64,000 nucleotides of DNA from the IMG/VR virus record IMGVR_UViG_3300022074_000020, positions 1 to 64,000 of that record. One strand, given 5' to 3'. The notes beneath the pieces are model-generated. The model saw only the letters and a program-made list of their open reading frames with translations, was not told the DNA's origin and ran no database searches. This DNA comes from an uncultured virus (IMG/VR IMGVR_UViG_3300022074_000020) (lineage: Duplodnaviria; Heunggongvirae; Uroviricota; Caudoviricetes; Kyanoviridae). The translations under genes were made by a program, and so were the position numbers. Shown here one piece after another: positions 23,401 through 29,519 of the stretch (position 1 is the first letter of the stretch; each line of letters opens with the position of its first letter).

Positions 23401-26400
23401 TGTTCCAAAGATGGAAACCAAAAAATTACCGCATACCCAAGATCTACTGATCCTGCTTCTAAGCAAGTCCTCAAGATCTCTGCCCACACCACGAATACGT
23501 TTACTATCAACGTTGGCGCATCAAGTGCTGATGATCAATACACTCACACCTTCTCAAGTGCAGTAAGTAATGCTATTACTAAATCTGAGTACAGTCTTAC
23601 TGATTGTGCTGATGTTATCACTACTGCTGATAATCTACTTGATATCGTCACTGACACCCTAACATATGCTTCTGCTGCATCACCTGTTGATTATCTTGCA
23701 ACTGTAACTAAATCTCTACCTGCATATGAATTTGTTGGTGGTACAGTCAATTCCTTCTCAGAGGTTCCATTTGTTGTTGATTATCATAATGGTACAACAG
23801 ATCAAATCTACACTAATCAGATTGATGAAGATGCTCGTGGTAGATTCCGTGATGCTGCTAACTTAATTAGAGCAAATAGAAAAGTTATTGTTGATAAAGC
23901 AGCATATGATATGCTCACAAGATATCCTGATCTTGCACTTTCTATGCCTAGAAATGCTAACGGTACATCTACTGATGGTACGTTGCGTTGTAAGACTGAC
24001 CTTGGATTAATCTTGGATGGACTTGCTGATGATGTCTATGACGGTGGTAACTTAGAAACTATCACTGCTGCTAAGTTCTATATTGGAAATAGTGGTGAGT
24101 TGCAATATATTAGGTTGCAAGTTTGGCAATCTGTTTATGCACATGAAAGACTTGGATTCTATGCCAAGCAAGCAGTTACTGGTGATCTAACTTATGACAA
24201 CACTGACGGTATTATCGTTGGTGACTGGGGTATTACTAATGACGCAGGTGGATGTGCAAACGTCAAGACTGCTATTGACAACCTCGTAACTACAATCAAT
24301 GATATTATCGCTCCTACTGGTGCTGATTTTGAGGTTGCTGCTGATAGACTTTACTTCAATAGAAACTTTATTGCAGAAGAAATTACTGGTCTCATCACTA
24401 CTGAGTTTACATATCTTCTGAACAATGTTCAGTATCAAGCATTCACATATCCTAACGGTGCTCTTGGTGAAGCAAAATGTCAGAGAGACTTGAAACTCAT
24501 CATTGAAAGTGCAATTTCTGACTTACAGACTGGTGGAAACAACTCTACTATCGATGCTATCAGTAAGTATCTAACTGCTGCTTTAACTCTTAATATCGTT
24601 GATGGAGTTGAGCAAGAGTTACTTGCAACTGTATATGGTATTCAGCAACTTTCTTCACTTGGTGAGAAAGCAATTGATAACTTACTCTACGCAAATGGTG
24701 AAGATACAGGTGGCACAGCAGGTGCATACAGTGCATTACATACTGATGATGCTGCAGTTCGTGATTCATTATCACTAAGTTCTGCGATAACTGTTAAGAA
24801 TAGATGGAAAGAACTTATTGAACTTGCTATTAATATTCTTGCACCCGCTAGACAGATTGGTAGAAGTGCTGCAAAACATGTCCTTTACAACCGTAACTAC
24901 TTCTTACAAGAGATTCAAACACAAACTCTTGCTCAGTTTGGTACAGGTTCATGGGTTTATGATGATTTCGTCAACACTACTGTTAATGATATCGTTCATG
25001 ATCTTGTTACAACTGACACTAAGAAGAAAACAACTGCATATAATATTACAATTCAGAGTGTAAGTTCAACAGCATTCCAAGTCGGTGAAGTTGTAAGATC
25101 TAACGTTGGCGGTTATGCAACTGTCCTTGAATATGATTCTGACACTAACTTCTTCGTTGTTGGTCCTTTTACAGGCACTGCATGGGTTGCAACTAATACA
25201 CTGACAGGTAAGACATCAGGTGCAACTGCTACTATCTCTAGTGGTGGAGTTGGTAGTGCTTATGACTGGTACACTGAAGTTGCTAACGTTAGAACTCTTG
25301 CAAGCGCAAGACTTATTACTTCTAATATCTCTGGTCAGATTGCAGGTACAAACCTCTGGACTAACCCTGAGGCATATGGAATCAACTGGACTCCTACAAC
25401 TAATGTAACTATCACTGATAACGCAGGTCTTGCTCCAGATGATACTCAAACTGCAGAAGACGTTACTCCTAATAATGGTCAAAATGGACAGCATGAAATT
25501 AACAGAGATTATAACTTAACAGCATTTGAAACCTTTGACTCTGGCACAGTTACTTTCGATACTACTAACGAATCGTTTGATACTGGTTCTCCTGGAACTT
25601 CTGCAACACAGCAGTTTACTTTCTCTGGATTTGCTAAAGCATCTGGTTCACAATCGATTAGATTCCAACTACAACTTGATCCAGGTGGTGCAGGTGAACA
25701 GAACGCATTCTTCGATCTCAACCTTTCAAACGGTACAACTGGAACAGTATTTACTCCTCAGGGTGGTATTACTGCCGATGCATTCGGTGCTATTCCTCTT
25801 GGAAATGGTTGGTACAGATGTTACATCACATGTACATTCTCCTTCGGTTTCAATACTCTAAGATCTAAGTTTATCATTAAGAGTGGTGCAGGTGCTACTG
25901 TTTGGACTGGTGATGGTTCTACTGGTATTCTTGTTTGGGGTGCAAAACTTACTAAGGGTGCACTTGATCCTTATCAAGCACAAAGTGGTAAAACATTCTT
26001 CTCTGATACTGAGTTTAATACTAAAAACTACATTCTTGAATTGCTACAGCAATACATGATTGCTACTCTTGATAATAGTTTGACATCTCCTTCTACTGCT
26101 GCAGGATTCTACTCCTTCTACAGTTCTACTGATGCTGCAAACTATACTAAGGCATCTGTTTCTGCGATGCTCAGAACTAACCTTAGAATCATCACTAATC
26201 AGTTAAGTAACGATACTTCTTATATCGGTATTACAACTTATAATGGAATCTCTATTCCTACAAAAGCATACGGAAATGCAGTTGTTCCTGTTGGTGTCAA
26301 CGGTGGACTTAATCCTGCTGACTTTGTATACGGTTTACTCAGCAACGCATATTGTGAAGTTGAATCTGTCACTCTCAATGAGGGTCTAGTCGCACAGGTC

Positions 26401-28248
26401 TACTCTAGATTTAGAATTGATGGTGATATCACTGATGGTCCTTTCACTATGAATGAAGTTGTTGCCAAGCAAGGTGCACCTTCGATCACGGGTGTTGTTT
26501 ACGGGTTCCATGAGGATGCTAACTTCAAGTATCTTGATGTTAAGATTACAGCAGGTCCTTGGGCAATTACAGATAACGTTGTTGGTGCAACTAACTCCAC
26601 TACTGCTCAGATTAGTGCTCTTGAAACTCGTGTTCATATCATTAATCTGAAGGGTGATTTTGTTGCTGACATTCCATTCAAAGGTTATACCTCTGGTGCT
26701 ACTGCACAACCTACTTCATTCTTGAAGACAGAAGCAGCAATCACTGATAATACTGGTGGTAAGTTGACTGTCGATACTGCATCTCTCTTAGGTAACTTTG
26801 AGACAACTGCAGTTGTTTATCCTTCATCTTCCAGACAGTATATTACGGTTTCTAAGTACGCAGGTCTGGACATCGGTGTTGGTGACAGAATCGCATCTGT
26901 CGGATACAAGAGATTTGGTATTAATATTATCAGTGGACTTAATAACTTCACTGTTGGTAACAGACTTTATAAGGTTGTATCTGGTGTTCAAGATTCTGCC
27001 ACATACGGTATCATTACTGATGTAGACATTGCAAATAACTACGTCTACATGGTTGAGTATCAAGGAACATTTACTCAGGGTGATCAGATTGGTGATTACG
27101 GGTTAGCAGCAACATTCCCCGTGGGATATGCTTCTATCGCAACTATCGTTACAACTGCAGGTGCAGGTGCTGCTCTTGTACAGGATGTACGTCCAGACGG
27201 TGTTAATAAGCGTCTGTATCTAAGTGACGTTGCAGGAACATTCGGTGTTAGAGATGCTATCAAGGGACCTGATTCATATGGTTCTGTCATCGTCACTCAA
27301 GTTGATCTTAAGGCAAGAGTCAAGAGATCCTTCAAGGGATTTGATGGTACACAGACTACATTCAATCTGTCACAGAACAATGGCACCTCATACCTCCCAG
27401 ATCCTGCAGGACACCTCCTAATCTTCGTTAATGGTATCTTACAACCACCAGGTGCTACTAACGCATACACAGCGTTCTCTAACCAGATTCAGTTTACTGA
27501 AGCACCTGATCTTGGAGCATCCTTCACTGGATTCTACATTGGTAAACTTAGACAGTTGGATGACATCTCATTCGAGTTTGACTCATTGAGACAGTCCTTC
27601 AACCTTAAGCGTAATGACGTGTTCTACTCATTGACACTGACTGATGGTGTTCAGTCTAGTGTGATCAGACCTGAGAACAACATCATCTGTTCGCTCAACG
27701 GTGTGATCCAAGAACCTGGAGTTGGTTTTGAGATTGTTGGTTCTAGAATCATCTTCTCTGAGATTCCTAGATTCGGATCTACTTTCGTCGCATTCTCTTA
27801 TGTTGGTTCTGAAGCAGACGTTGACGCTGCTGAGGTTGTACCTCCAATCGAACCTGGTGACTTTATTGACATTCAAGGTGAGACTTCAGACAGAGAAGTT
27901 GCTGTTATTGAATCTTCTAACTCTCTAATCACATTTGATTATCTTGGATCTGTATTCGGTCAGAACGCATCTGCAACTGCGGTCTTGACATCTGGATTCA
28001 TTGACACAGTTCAAGTCACTGGTGGAGGTTCTGGATATACTTCTAGACCTACCGTAAGAATCGACTCCATCTCTGGATTCGATGGAAACATTCGTGCCTT
28101 GGTTGGTGTTGCAGGTGTTGAACTCAGTGCAACTGGTTCTGGATATCAAAATCCAGGCATCAGCGTTGACACTGTTGTTCCTGATGATTATGTTGCTCCT
28201 GACCTTTCAACTTACGGTGAAGAGTTAGTAGACCCCGAAACCCCATAA
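8482..28248 (+). CDS. g7: giant baseplate wedge initiator/gp7-like multidomain protein (6588 aa)
   Basis: Position between g6 and g8; FLEYYY, FYSSKGT..S..YLFKLLYG and IQDSYYYQDFSY..K...W...VHP motifs; GSGY repeats, YHYH-type, LamG-like, beta-propeller-like and helical repeat segments. Confidence 0.8.
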   Translation: MNINKVSQSIESQSPDFIGSEYPLFNKFLEYYYKSQEKTGLGQNILNNFLQYLDIDKLDIGILDGATTLVEAITDSSDKIVVESINPFLETNGSILIGDEVIYYEGVDKSPEISLSPGISYEQVKLKWTTLASLINSFDGTTTSFAITSQDSPIAPPSAQHLVVSLYGNILVPNIDYTVSGSNIVFTTAPRTKIPADDAGSTYIFYLSGFVENTIYGLDNLSGAFGDGKKQFSLTRNGVKYEPEVEEYLNVIYDNRLLVPKVDYFIDEDQFVFKVAPLNGRFLSIYSIEAPIPSFGNGAVGFSRINDNGLLTSVSSSAIGTGYRFEYPPQVSIDSEQGSGAAATALVNGLKSITLLEGGRGYSSTNPPVVQVQSPTKTGSSQATINATVVDGAVTALNISNSGSGYTFTPRITFVQPGGAKLGTPVITNGQVTSIPVTDGGFGYTTAPTVYIDESTGSNPIKAALRANLTDGKVTSITILNAGQGYTTTPRVAIIDPVGAQVLETIVDGDGRVIRVDLLNGGSGYDDVPSVYIVDNRTNGGTGATAVASIFNGQITDLNINAFGSGYSAANPPEIVIQAPPQAKASVEIGLNEVTGFVVTESGKGYNKAAFTGCARAASGITKYTETGNAVFSNNTVAASATVGSSVKCLDALFVKRLLDKYTEQFLPDVPELDYSKIDVRTSIKTIKDFYSSKGTSFSIAYLFKLLYGETVTVTYPKDQIIKPSAATWSIDTILRATLVSGNADNIRDGLLTQEADIADPNVTAASALVENYISIKTSDVEIFELVLSEETIVGTFTVPYKTKLAEPLNTTDSIITVDSTIGWPERNGEFVIGGGTTTELVQYKEKSLNQFIECTRSANGIVEDWDSATQVASNFTVYVNRGTPQEVVLNVVGIVDAQQTVLTDTGSYYLPGDKLTVSKLGGTSIDPHLTTWLYNVKKLINVSTVTFGGVNNRFATITCSNNHGLLVGDQVTVYGANPIIYNGTFLVTSRDSATVFQYQLPQPATVVPQGNILVSVDLNKGKSTSSAVLNAIGPYTTNVQNSFFNTNYAYLASTGIPNYNIGPFPGSALLPGNQRKLNRFPITSTTISTKNTVSPGPIGTWVNGVSIWSYKSTLKKTFGAVTSVAITNAGKEYDAASPPVLTISGGGGTGATAAVVVNGSVNEITVSTGGSGFTSSPLVSIVGGGGSGASATAIITKGVVSRILINSGGTGYTSQPSITVVGGGGTGAAATASVRGPIQSVSVGSGGISYTSTPTVSLSSGSGAVAQAIVQNGRIISIAIISAGSGYTTAPEITIQGEGFGAVARASIDTDGENAGRVTSITIVNRGIGYLQGTTIINLNSVGSEATFTANVFEWTYNLQSTTTFDAAKGSVFEGFNNQYGGEYAHLSNPQTLRYILGDNLFENTSGVIKEKEDGLIHSPIIGWAFDGNPIYGPYGYSDPTDQSSAIQKLNTSYRLKTNLVYNVDSNPNPVRTAGPLLSAEAAGKFVEDYEYVFGLGALDQYNGRFCKTPEYPEGRYSYFVTIDATDDGNPLFPYVMGPSFNSVVDSWNLNADAVQQNIPEGVVRYRDPYENVDIDVERAPNASTNALTLENGDVLLFDIEDEDRSGVIEADEIADPDQVFEESPLQLFDYFPKVKFDSKVDIEVETTTKFEDASVTGFTVENPGISYQVNDRLIFDNTDTDGSGVSARISRIKGEAVEAYTFENVSGNNFGVLTTVNPHNLQPGDSVFVDYTPVMDSTNKTFVVRQFKGIEEIVVNQTGSGYNTDIPPTIIIDGNGTGGRLEAVVTSVGSIENVNIINSGYGYTSNPRVILSHPQVFKKADYYVAKFTNRNYVRISDVYINDSKETYICGKTYDAASNDVAFIAKLSATGVKEWEASLELPGGQQDSEFLKLYVDGKSIWVVGQNSPNSAILSSYNPDVILCKYTEAANGLSAALTFQKGYAGISGSTRGDFITAIKKYSDTRFIIGGYTNTNSGAPYDAFIASIDTSGNFAIKRKIASSNKSEKITDIVIDGTDVYASLELAATQSNADIDTGVAKIAFGVNTITVTWIKQFTNSLYSIMDTSLAIDEFKELYVTGGLRLKSDDTTRDSFWVGKIDTDGTFIWNYRYLAPTGGSITVTPSSAIDIFGDLNIAFTSINNTNTLPTVDTVKIGYDGKIKNHTTNQFTQNNTEGITAYSVDVDNSGDINIVGQTQWNRNEFIFPFTGGSQVDTTSHYTLTSTSTSNSITYANDVAKIHGYADGQTTWTQGNLQITSAQLGARLNSDFTVEMMVYKDTNTSSLTGGSITQHTLLAIGDAEEATGALWLYYDVSSGYLELVVTNGSTKLNSASGAGQSSLNNMFADNTWQFIGLKREGNIFTVYVNGIQAIQSTVPSTALGSKHLYVGQIPGRSGSAGNFRINEQGQFHVDNFRLRNRAITPSVPSDVSAFPSAGGFGFQYTWTDTAWFTTNLNRYDLIDYDGFSLKIDKNADAARIGTVSTQTNTQLGFTRTAVTPVTGSTLTMQNTGYALSEAGFQSLDFDDATINMTPATETLTYTQDVWSSRTATVPSPGSQKLNVSAVVKDRYFFKVTPTTKIDNIQELTINQAFRFTVGSKLRLNNDSGSFVNSGYIVRVDDANNKVYLAVNNNTWTDDTATGNLVTEQFSEQSTYGIVGPIPNDINVIEGYTFPLVNNTTPGTFDIDLDKYNLDGTYNAAGSQNLDSFAKFKPFATIDYSVRIDEVSGSSPFIVGSVVQLTSSDISFNAAYSTTTITNLTGVTKITLVANLDKILQVSSVANSDEVYVITSTSHYLSVGDVIYVDGNPSQTVGSVVYDEYDGAFPVDRVISPLEFTYKLNQAAITSPATSAGSVNIFMKSPTLKMYYGHQYIFDLSHSSLVGGNLSFAKDSLYKLEYSFNSIERVGTPGVTGAGAPTPSVKLKVDPTIVTNISYYFDPSRTGSDSPVVPGSYLDVVDSPYKGNFEISSIAGQTITRGADIIKFPLLNEPEGAADINQASYATSSLRAVGSINAVRIVNPGGFYTRLPIVSSIQSTRQIERVQINDPGTEYAVGQYTSVPITGDGEGGFVTINVADGQDANGVTIPGQIQLVTVTSPGKGYTTASIDIESVSGILGSGLTGSGAEVVVVIPPFGSGASIFTQGSSVGKIKKLKNNNFGYDYPHDYTLRPEITFPINAQLTSTSILDSITVTDPGTGYSQAPAVVITGGGGSGAIAEATTKNGRLDTIIVKDPGAGYSSTPTVSLRSSFNYVVNLDLGLLQFAFPHGITNGSAVTLNVVDTGDGVAYPLSAGAVGRLNGTTTYYAIAGSANSLENDQLKLAITSANAALGDALAYVNAGTGRQQVLTESFGGAATANVVTSTFLEGELVYQGESLSTSTATGYVSTNAGWQVGPRVLKIVDYTGEFSTGQRITGVISKSSGIMTDIKVAKGVLEIGSVTKTTGQFIDDVGKPSEIIQKIQDSYYYQDFSYAVKSAVSIGEWKEILIKNVHPASFKVFGELDLNDYGFIPNKETFFQLTKSVELARDAIVPNIQNFALVEPVYSEFNNTEVLFRQKRLTSSENILTSVVQRLDDISSQFDGQKISFPLTVDGNNVVANANQLMIVLNGVVQTPGTAFEIQGDSVVFAEPPQPPASVKYVNVSINQIATVALTFNNISGIFPTAGMTVVGTSSQARLTVTTVVGNTINGFITQGTYTIGELVTVGATGFAANVATVTSISNIGLFVFGENITNLTGDTAKVEQINLASGAETPLAQLRYTIGAATTTIEMVAYKTDNTGTDYQVTAGVFVAATNYQLGSEIFRVDSVTQNTDSTTLVITRGQNGTTPVSHQEDAPSYSTDISITNALTLSKIAGTYQSTPGLFDIQLNDVIIGAQSGVVARVTQTSTYQDPTTQEFIGQVNISEGSSFFGLLFNRITSQTYPNVVLDDISKSQIGIVDFTDNSTAFDSSFPANEQINNYVIPYDNLTGTFQENEYIRNYKIEYGNNQGEFLPTESAKIRKLTFTDRIGSGFFQAGQIIRSRDTKAEVIGANSARSTIFLGKVGRSQRGGLDYNIPTWEGEAQIDTSTKKFGTASLLLGRANHTHTFVSGVANAIQASNGATSTHTAVAGTTYDPEAGTLVINIGTHSLTTSNKVTIADGGLTFTCTADSNTTNHPYPRSTDPASGQALTISAVTSNTITVDVGVAQVSLDYLSVDSSSDFAWGTAGYTIELYIKAAASSISGIHSILDFRTASTDAAGHLYLNAGQVRYNVSNSDVVTSGATTIAQDTWTHIVVQRTSTTVKIFINGAEAGTGTDSTNYAAKPFVLGASYALGNAFYGHIDELRLSATTRYSTIPFTPVNGIFQGDTNTKILWHFDGADKQVFLEDWSGTQDFTINEYINNDAIRATARLIGGVHKFVSASSNAVSVTGSSSFTPTAVDYDAITGSMEINIGSHSYTTSDTITIAANSLTFTCSKDNHATQHTYPRLTDPSYGATLAITAVTGTTITVNVGVASRGFNKKTHRYINAADNLILNKDFIAQEAVYIMKERYPYFTVLGGEVNCEDDVKDIVSAMIEDFRNGSNSHIWDAAALYVNRTTNPITLLHVSDDLVESLYVLETVGKLLKYVITNTPWDVQGDHGFTQKFDSTITESDYLSQSVTQFTATGATYNPATGDMVITSSGHNLVSDTTITASNATYNATTGILVITSNGHNLENGDSIQLADNSLTFTCTMDGNSTNHTYPRPNDPAALGWLEVQNKTTNTFELNVGKSPTVNYQPTGATYDPSTGIAVLTLPNNNLEVGQSIKITQDSLTFSRATGGNGTLPASDKIVSITQNGVTSTATGASYDPATGVLQITQNAHGFVVGDKIRIADNSLSFTCTKDGNHETKTYPRSTDPFSGRFLRISAKTDNTFTVNVGPSAAADQYAHTFVSASANGIIKKNNTITVDIGTDSNTSTHTFASATSSAVVSGGNYTHTFVSATSNGITKAGDAVFLADGAISFTCSKDGNQKITAYPRSTDPASKQVLKISAHTTNTFTINVGASSADDQYTHTFSSAVSNAITKSEYSLTDCADVITTADNLLDIVTDTLTYASAASPVDYLATVTKSLPAYEFVGGTVNSFSEVPFVVDYHNGTTDQIYTNQIDEDARGRFRDAANLIRANRKVIVDKAAYDMLTRYPDLALSMPRNANGTSTDGTLRCKTDLGLILDGLADDVYDGGNLETITAAKFYIGNSGELQYIRLQVWQSVYAHERLGFYAKQAVTGDLTYDNTDGIIVGDWGITNDAGGCANVKTAIDNLVTTINDIIAPTGADFEVAADRLYFNRNFIAEEITGLITTEFTYLLNNVQYQAFTYPNGALGEAKCQRDLKLIIESAISDLQTGGNNSTIDAISKYLTAALTLNIVDGVEQELLATVYGIQQLSSLGEKAIDNLLYANGEDTGGTAGAYSALHTDDAAVRDSLSLSSAITVKNRWKELIELAINILAPARQIGRSAAKHVLYNRNYFLQEIQTQTLAQFGTGSWVYDDFVNTTVNDIVHDLVTTDTKKKTTAYNITIQSVSSTAFQVGEVVRSNVGGYATVLEYDSDTNFFVVGPFTGTAWVATNTLTGKTSGATATISSGGVGSAYDWYTEVANVRTLASARLITSNISGQIAGTNLWTNPEAYGINWTPTTNVTITDNAGLAPDDTQTAEDVTPNNGQNGQHEINRDYNLTAFETFDSGTVTFDTTNESFDTGSPGTSATQQFTFSGFAKASGSQSIRFQLQLDPGGAGEQNAFFDLNLSNGTTGTVFTPQGGITADAFGAIPLGNGWYRCYITCTFSFGFNTLRSKFIIKSGAGATVWTGDGSTGILVWGAKLTKGALDPYQAQSGKTFFSDTEFNTKNYILELLQQYMIATLDNSLTSPSTAAGFYSFYSSTDAANYTKASVSAMLRTNLRIITNQLSNDTSYIGITTYNGISIPTKAYGNAVVPVGVNGGLNPADFVYGLLSNAYCEVESVTLNEGLVAQVYSRFRIDGDITDGPFTMNEVVAKQGAPSITGVVYGFHEDANFKYLDVKITAGPWAITDNVVGATNSTTAQISALETRVHIINLKGDFVADIPFKGYTSGATAQPTSFLKTEAAITDNTGGKLTVDTASLLGNFETTAVVYPSSSRQYITVSKYAGLDIGVGDRIASVGYKRFGINIISGLNNFTVGNRLYKVVSGVQDSATYGIITDVDIANNYVYMVEYQGTFTQGDQIGDYGLAATFPVGYASIATIVTTAGAGAALVQDVRPDGVNKRLYLSDVAGTFGVRDAIKGPDSYGSVIVTQVDLKARVKRSFKGFDGTQTTFNLSQNNGTSYLPDPAGHLLIFVNGILQPPGATNAYTAFSNQIQFTEAPDLGASFTGFYIGKLRQLDDISFEFDSLRQSFNLKRNDVFYSLTLTDGVQSSVIRPENNIICSLNGVIQEPGVGFEIVGSRIIFSEIPRFGSTFVAFSYVGSEADVDAAEVVPPIEPGDFIDIQGETSDREVAVIESSNSLITFDYLGSVFGQNASATAVLTSGFIDTVQVTGGGSGYTSRPTVRIDSISGFDGNIRALVGVAGVELSATGSGYQNPGISVDTVVPDDYVAPDLSTYGEELVDPETP
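9420..10310 (+). repeat. GxGY-T-x-x-P beta repeats in the giant protein (further clusters near 11850-12480 and 17500-18200)
   Basis: Recurrent I-x-V-x-x-G-G-x-G-Y-T-x-x-P-x-V units. Confidence 0.8.
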
Positions 28249-28251
28249 ATA
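28245..28251 (+). promoter_or_regulatory. T4-type late promoter
   Basis: ATAAATA overlapping the g7 stop codon, 20 nt before the next ATG. Confidence 0.7.
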
Positions 28252-28271
28252 ACTAAAAATCGTAGCGAGTA

Positions 28272-29516
28272 ATGGCTAAGCAAACTCTTGGTCTTGGCAC
28301 ATCGGCAAATGACAACACAGGGGATACCCTGCGAGTTGGTGGCGATAAAGTCAATGACAACTTCAATGAAATCTATGCAGCGTTAGGTAATGGTACGACA
28401 CTTACTGTCGATACCACTAACCCTGCTGTAGGGCAAGTATTAAGGTATAACGGTGCCACATTTTTGCCATCGGATTACACCAACCTGACTGCAGCGTTGG
28501 ATGTAAATGGTAATAGTATCATTTCATCTTCAAACGGTAATATCCCACTCGCTACGAACGGAACTGGCGATATTACTCTTGCTGCAGGTGGTGTTACTTC
28601 TACTTTCGATGGTGCGACTGGTGGTGTAGATATTCCAACTACGATTTCTTATAAGAACGAATATAACGCATTAGGTTCTGCCCCTGCTGCAGCAACTTAT
28701 ACTGGTTATTATTTCACGGTTAATGGTGATGATAATCCATATGTAAATATTAATATTACTGCAGGTGGTGTTGGAGATACAAGAGCAAAGTTACTTACTG
28801 AGTATTCTAGTGTTAACATGCTATCTGATGTTGATACAACTACAACTCCTCCTAGTAATGATCAAGTTTTAAAGTGGAATACTTCTACTTCTAAATGGTT
28901 ACCTGCTGATGATGCTGCAGGTATCGGTAGTATTAACGTATTCGCTTCTGTTGCAGGTGATACAGGATCAACAACAGCAAATAGTCAAACAGATACATTA
29001 ACTATTGCAGGTGGTAGTAACATTACTACTGCAGTCGTTGGAGACACTGTAACAGTGAACTTCTCTGGAACTTTAACAACAACACTTGCTGCTCTGACTG
29101 ATACTAACACATCAGGTCTAACTCAAGGTGATATGCTGTATTGGTCTGGATCTGAATGGATTCCAACTCCTACATCTGGTCCTATCATTTGGTATGAGGT
29201 AGGTGCACCTGTAGAGAACTCAAGTAGTGACTTCCTAATCAACGGACCTGGACTTCCTGCAGGAGAAAACCGTGACCCAACGTTATATCTGCATAGAGGA
29301 TTTACTTATGCATTTGATAATACCGTTGAAGGTGGAGGACACCCATTTAGGATTCAATCCACACAGGGTTTATCAGGAACACCATATACAACAGGACAGA
29401 CTGGTAGTATCACTGCAGTATTATATTGGACTATTCCTTTTGATGCTCCATCAACTCTTTATTATCAGTGTACACTCCATGCTGCAATGCAAGGAACCAT
29501 TAACATCGTATCATAA
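28272..29516 (+). CDS. baseplate/fibre structural protein with gp9/gp10-like N-terminus and C-terminal cupredoxin-like module
   Basis: N-terminal G..ANDNTGDTLRVGGDKVNDNFNEIY motif; L..L.D.....GQVL.W repeats; C-terminal GHPF...LYYQCTLHAAM. Confidence 0.8.
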   Translation: MAKQTLGLGTSANDNTGDTLRVGGDKVNDNFNEIYAALGNGTTLTVDTTNPAVGQVLRYNGATFLPSDYTNLTAALDVNGNSIISSSNGNIPLATNGTGDITLAAGGVTSTFDGATGGVDIPTTISYKNEYNALGSAPAAATYTGYYFTVNGDDNPYVNINITAGGVGDTRAKLLTEYSSVNMLSDVDTTTTPPSNDQVLKWNTSTSKWLPADDAAGIGSINVFASVAGDTGSTTANSQTDTLTIAGGSNITTAVVGDTVTVNFSGTLTTTLAALTDTNTSGLTQGDMLYWSGSEWIPTPTSGPIIWYEVGAPVENSSSDFLINGPGLPAGENRDPTLYLHRGFTYAFDNTVEGGGHPFRIQSTQGLSGTPYTTGQTGSITAVLYWTIPFDAPSTLYYQCTLHAAMQGTINIVS

Positions 29517-29519
29517 TAA

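Noticed and set aside
8482..28248. Giant ORF as an assembly artefact or stop-codon reassignment
   Set aside because: Open in the standard code with uniform codon style; gp7-like motifs occur in order, and very large proteins at this locus are known in cyanomyoviruses
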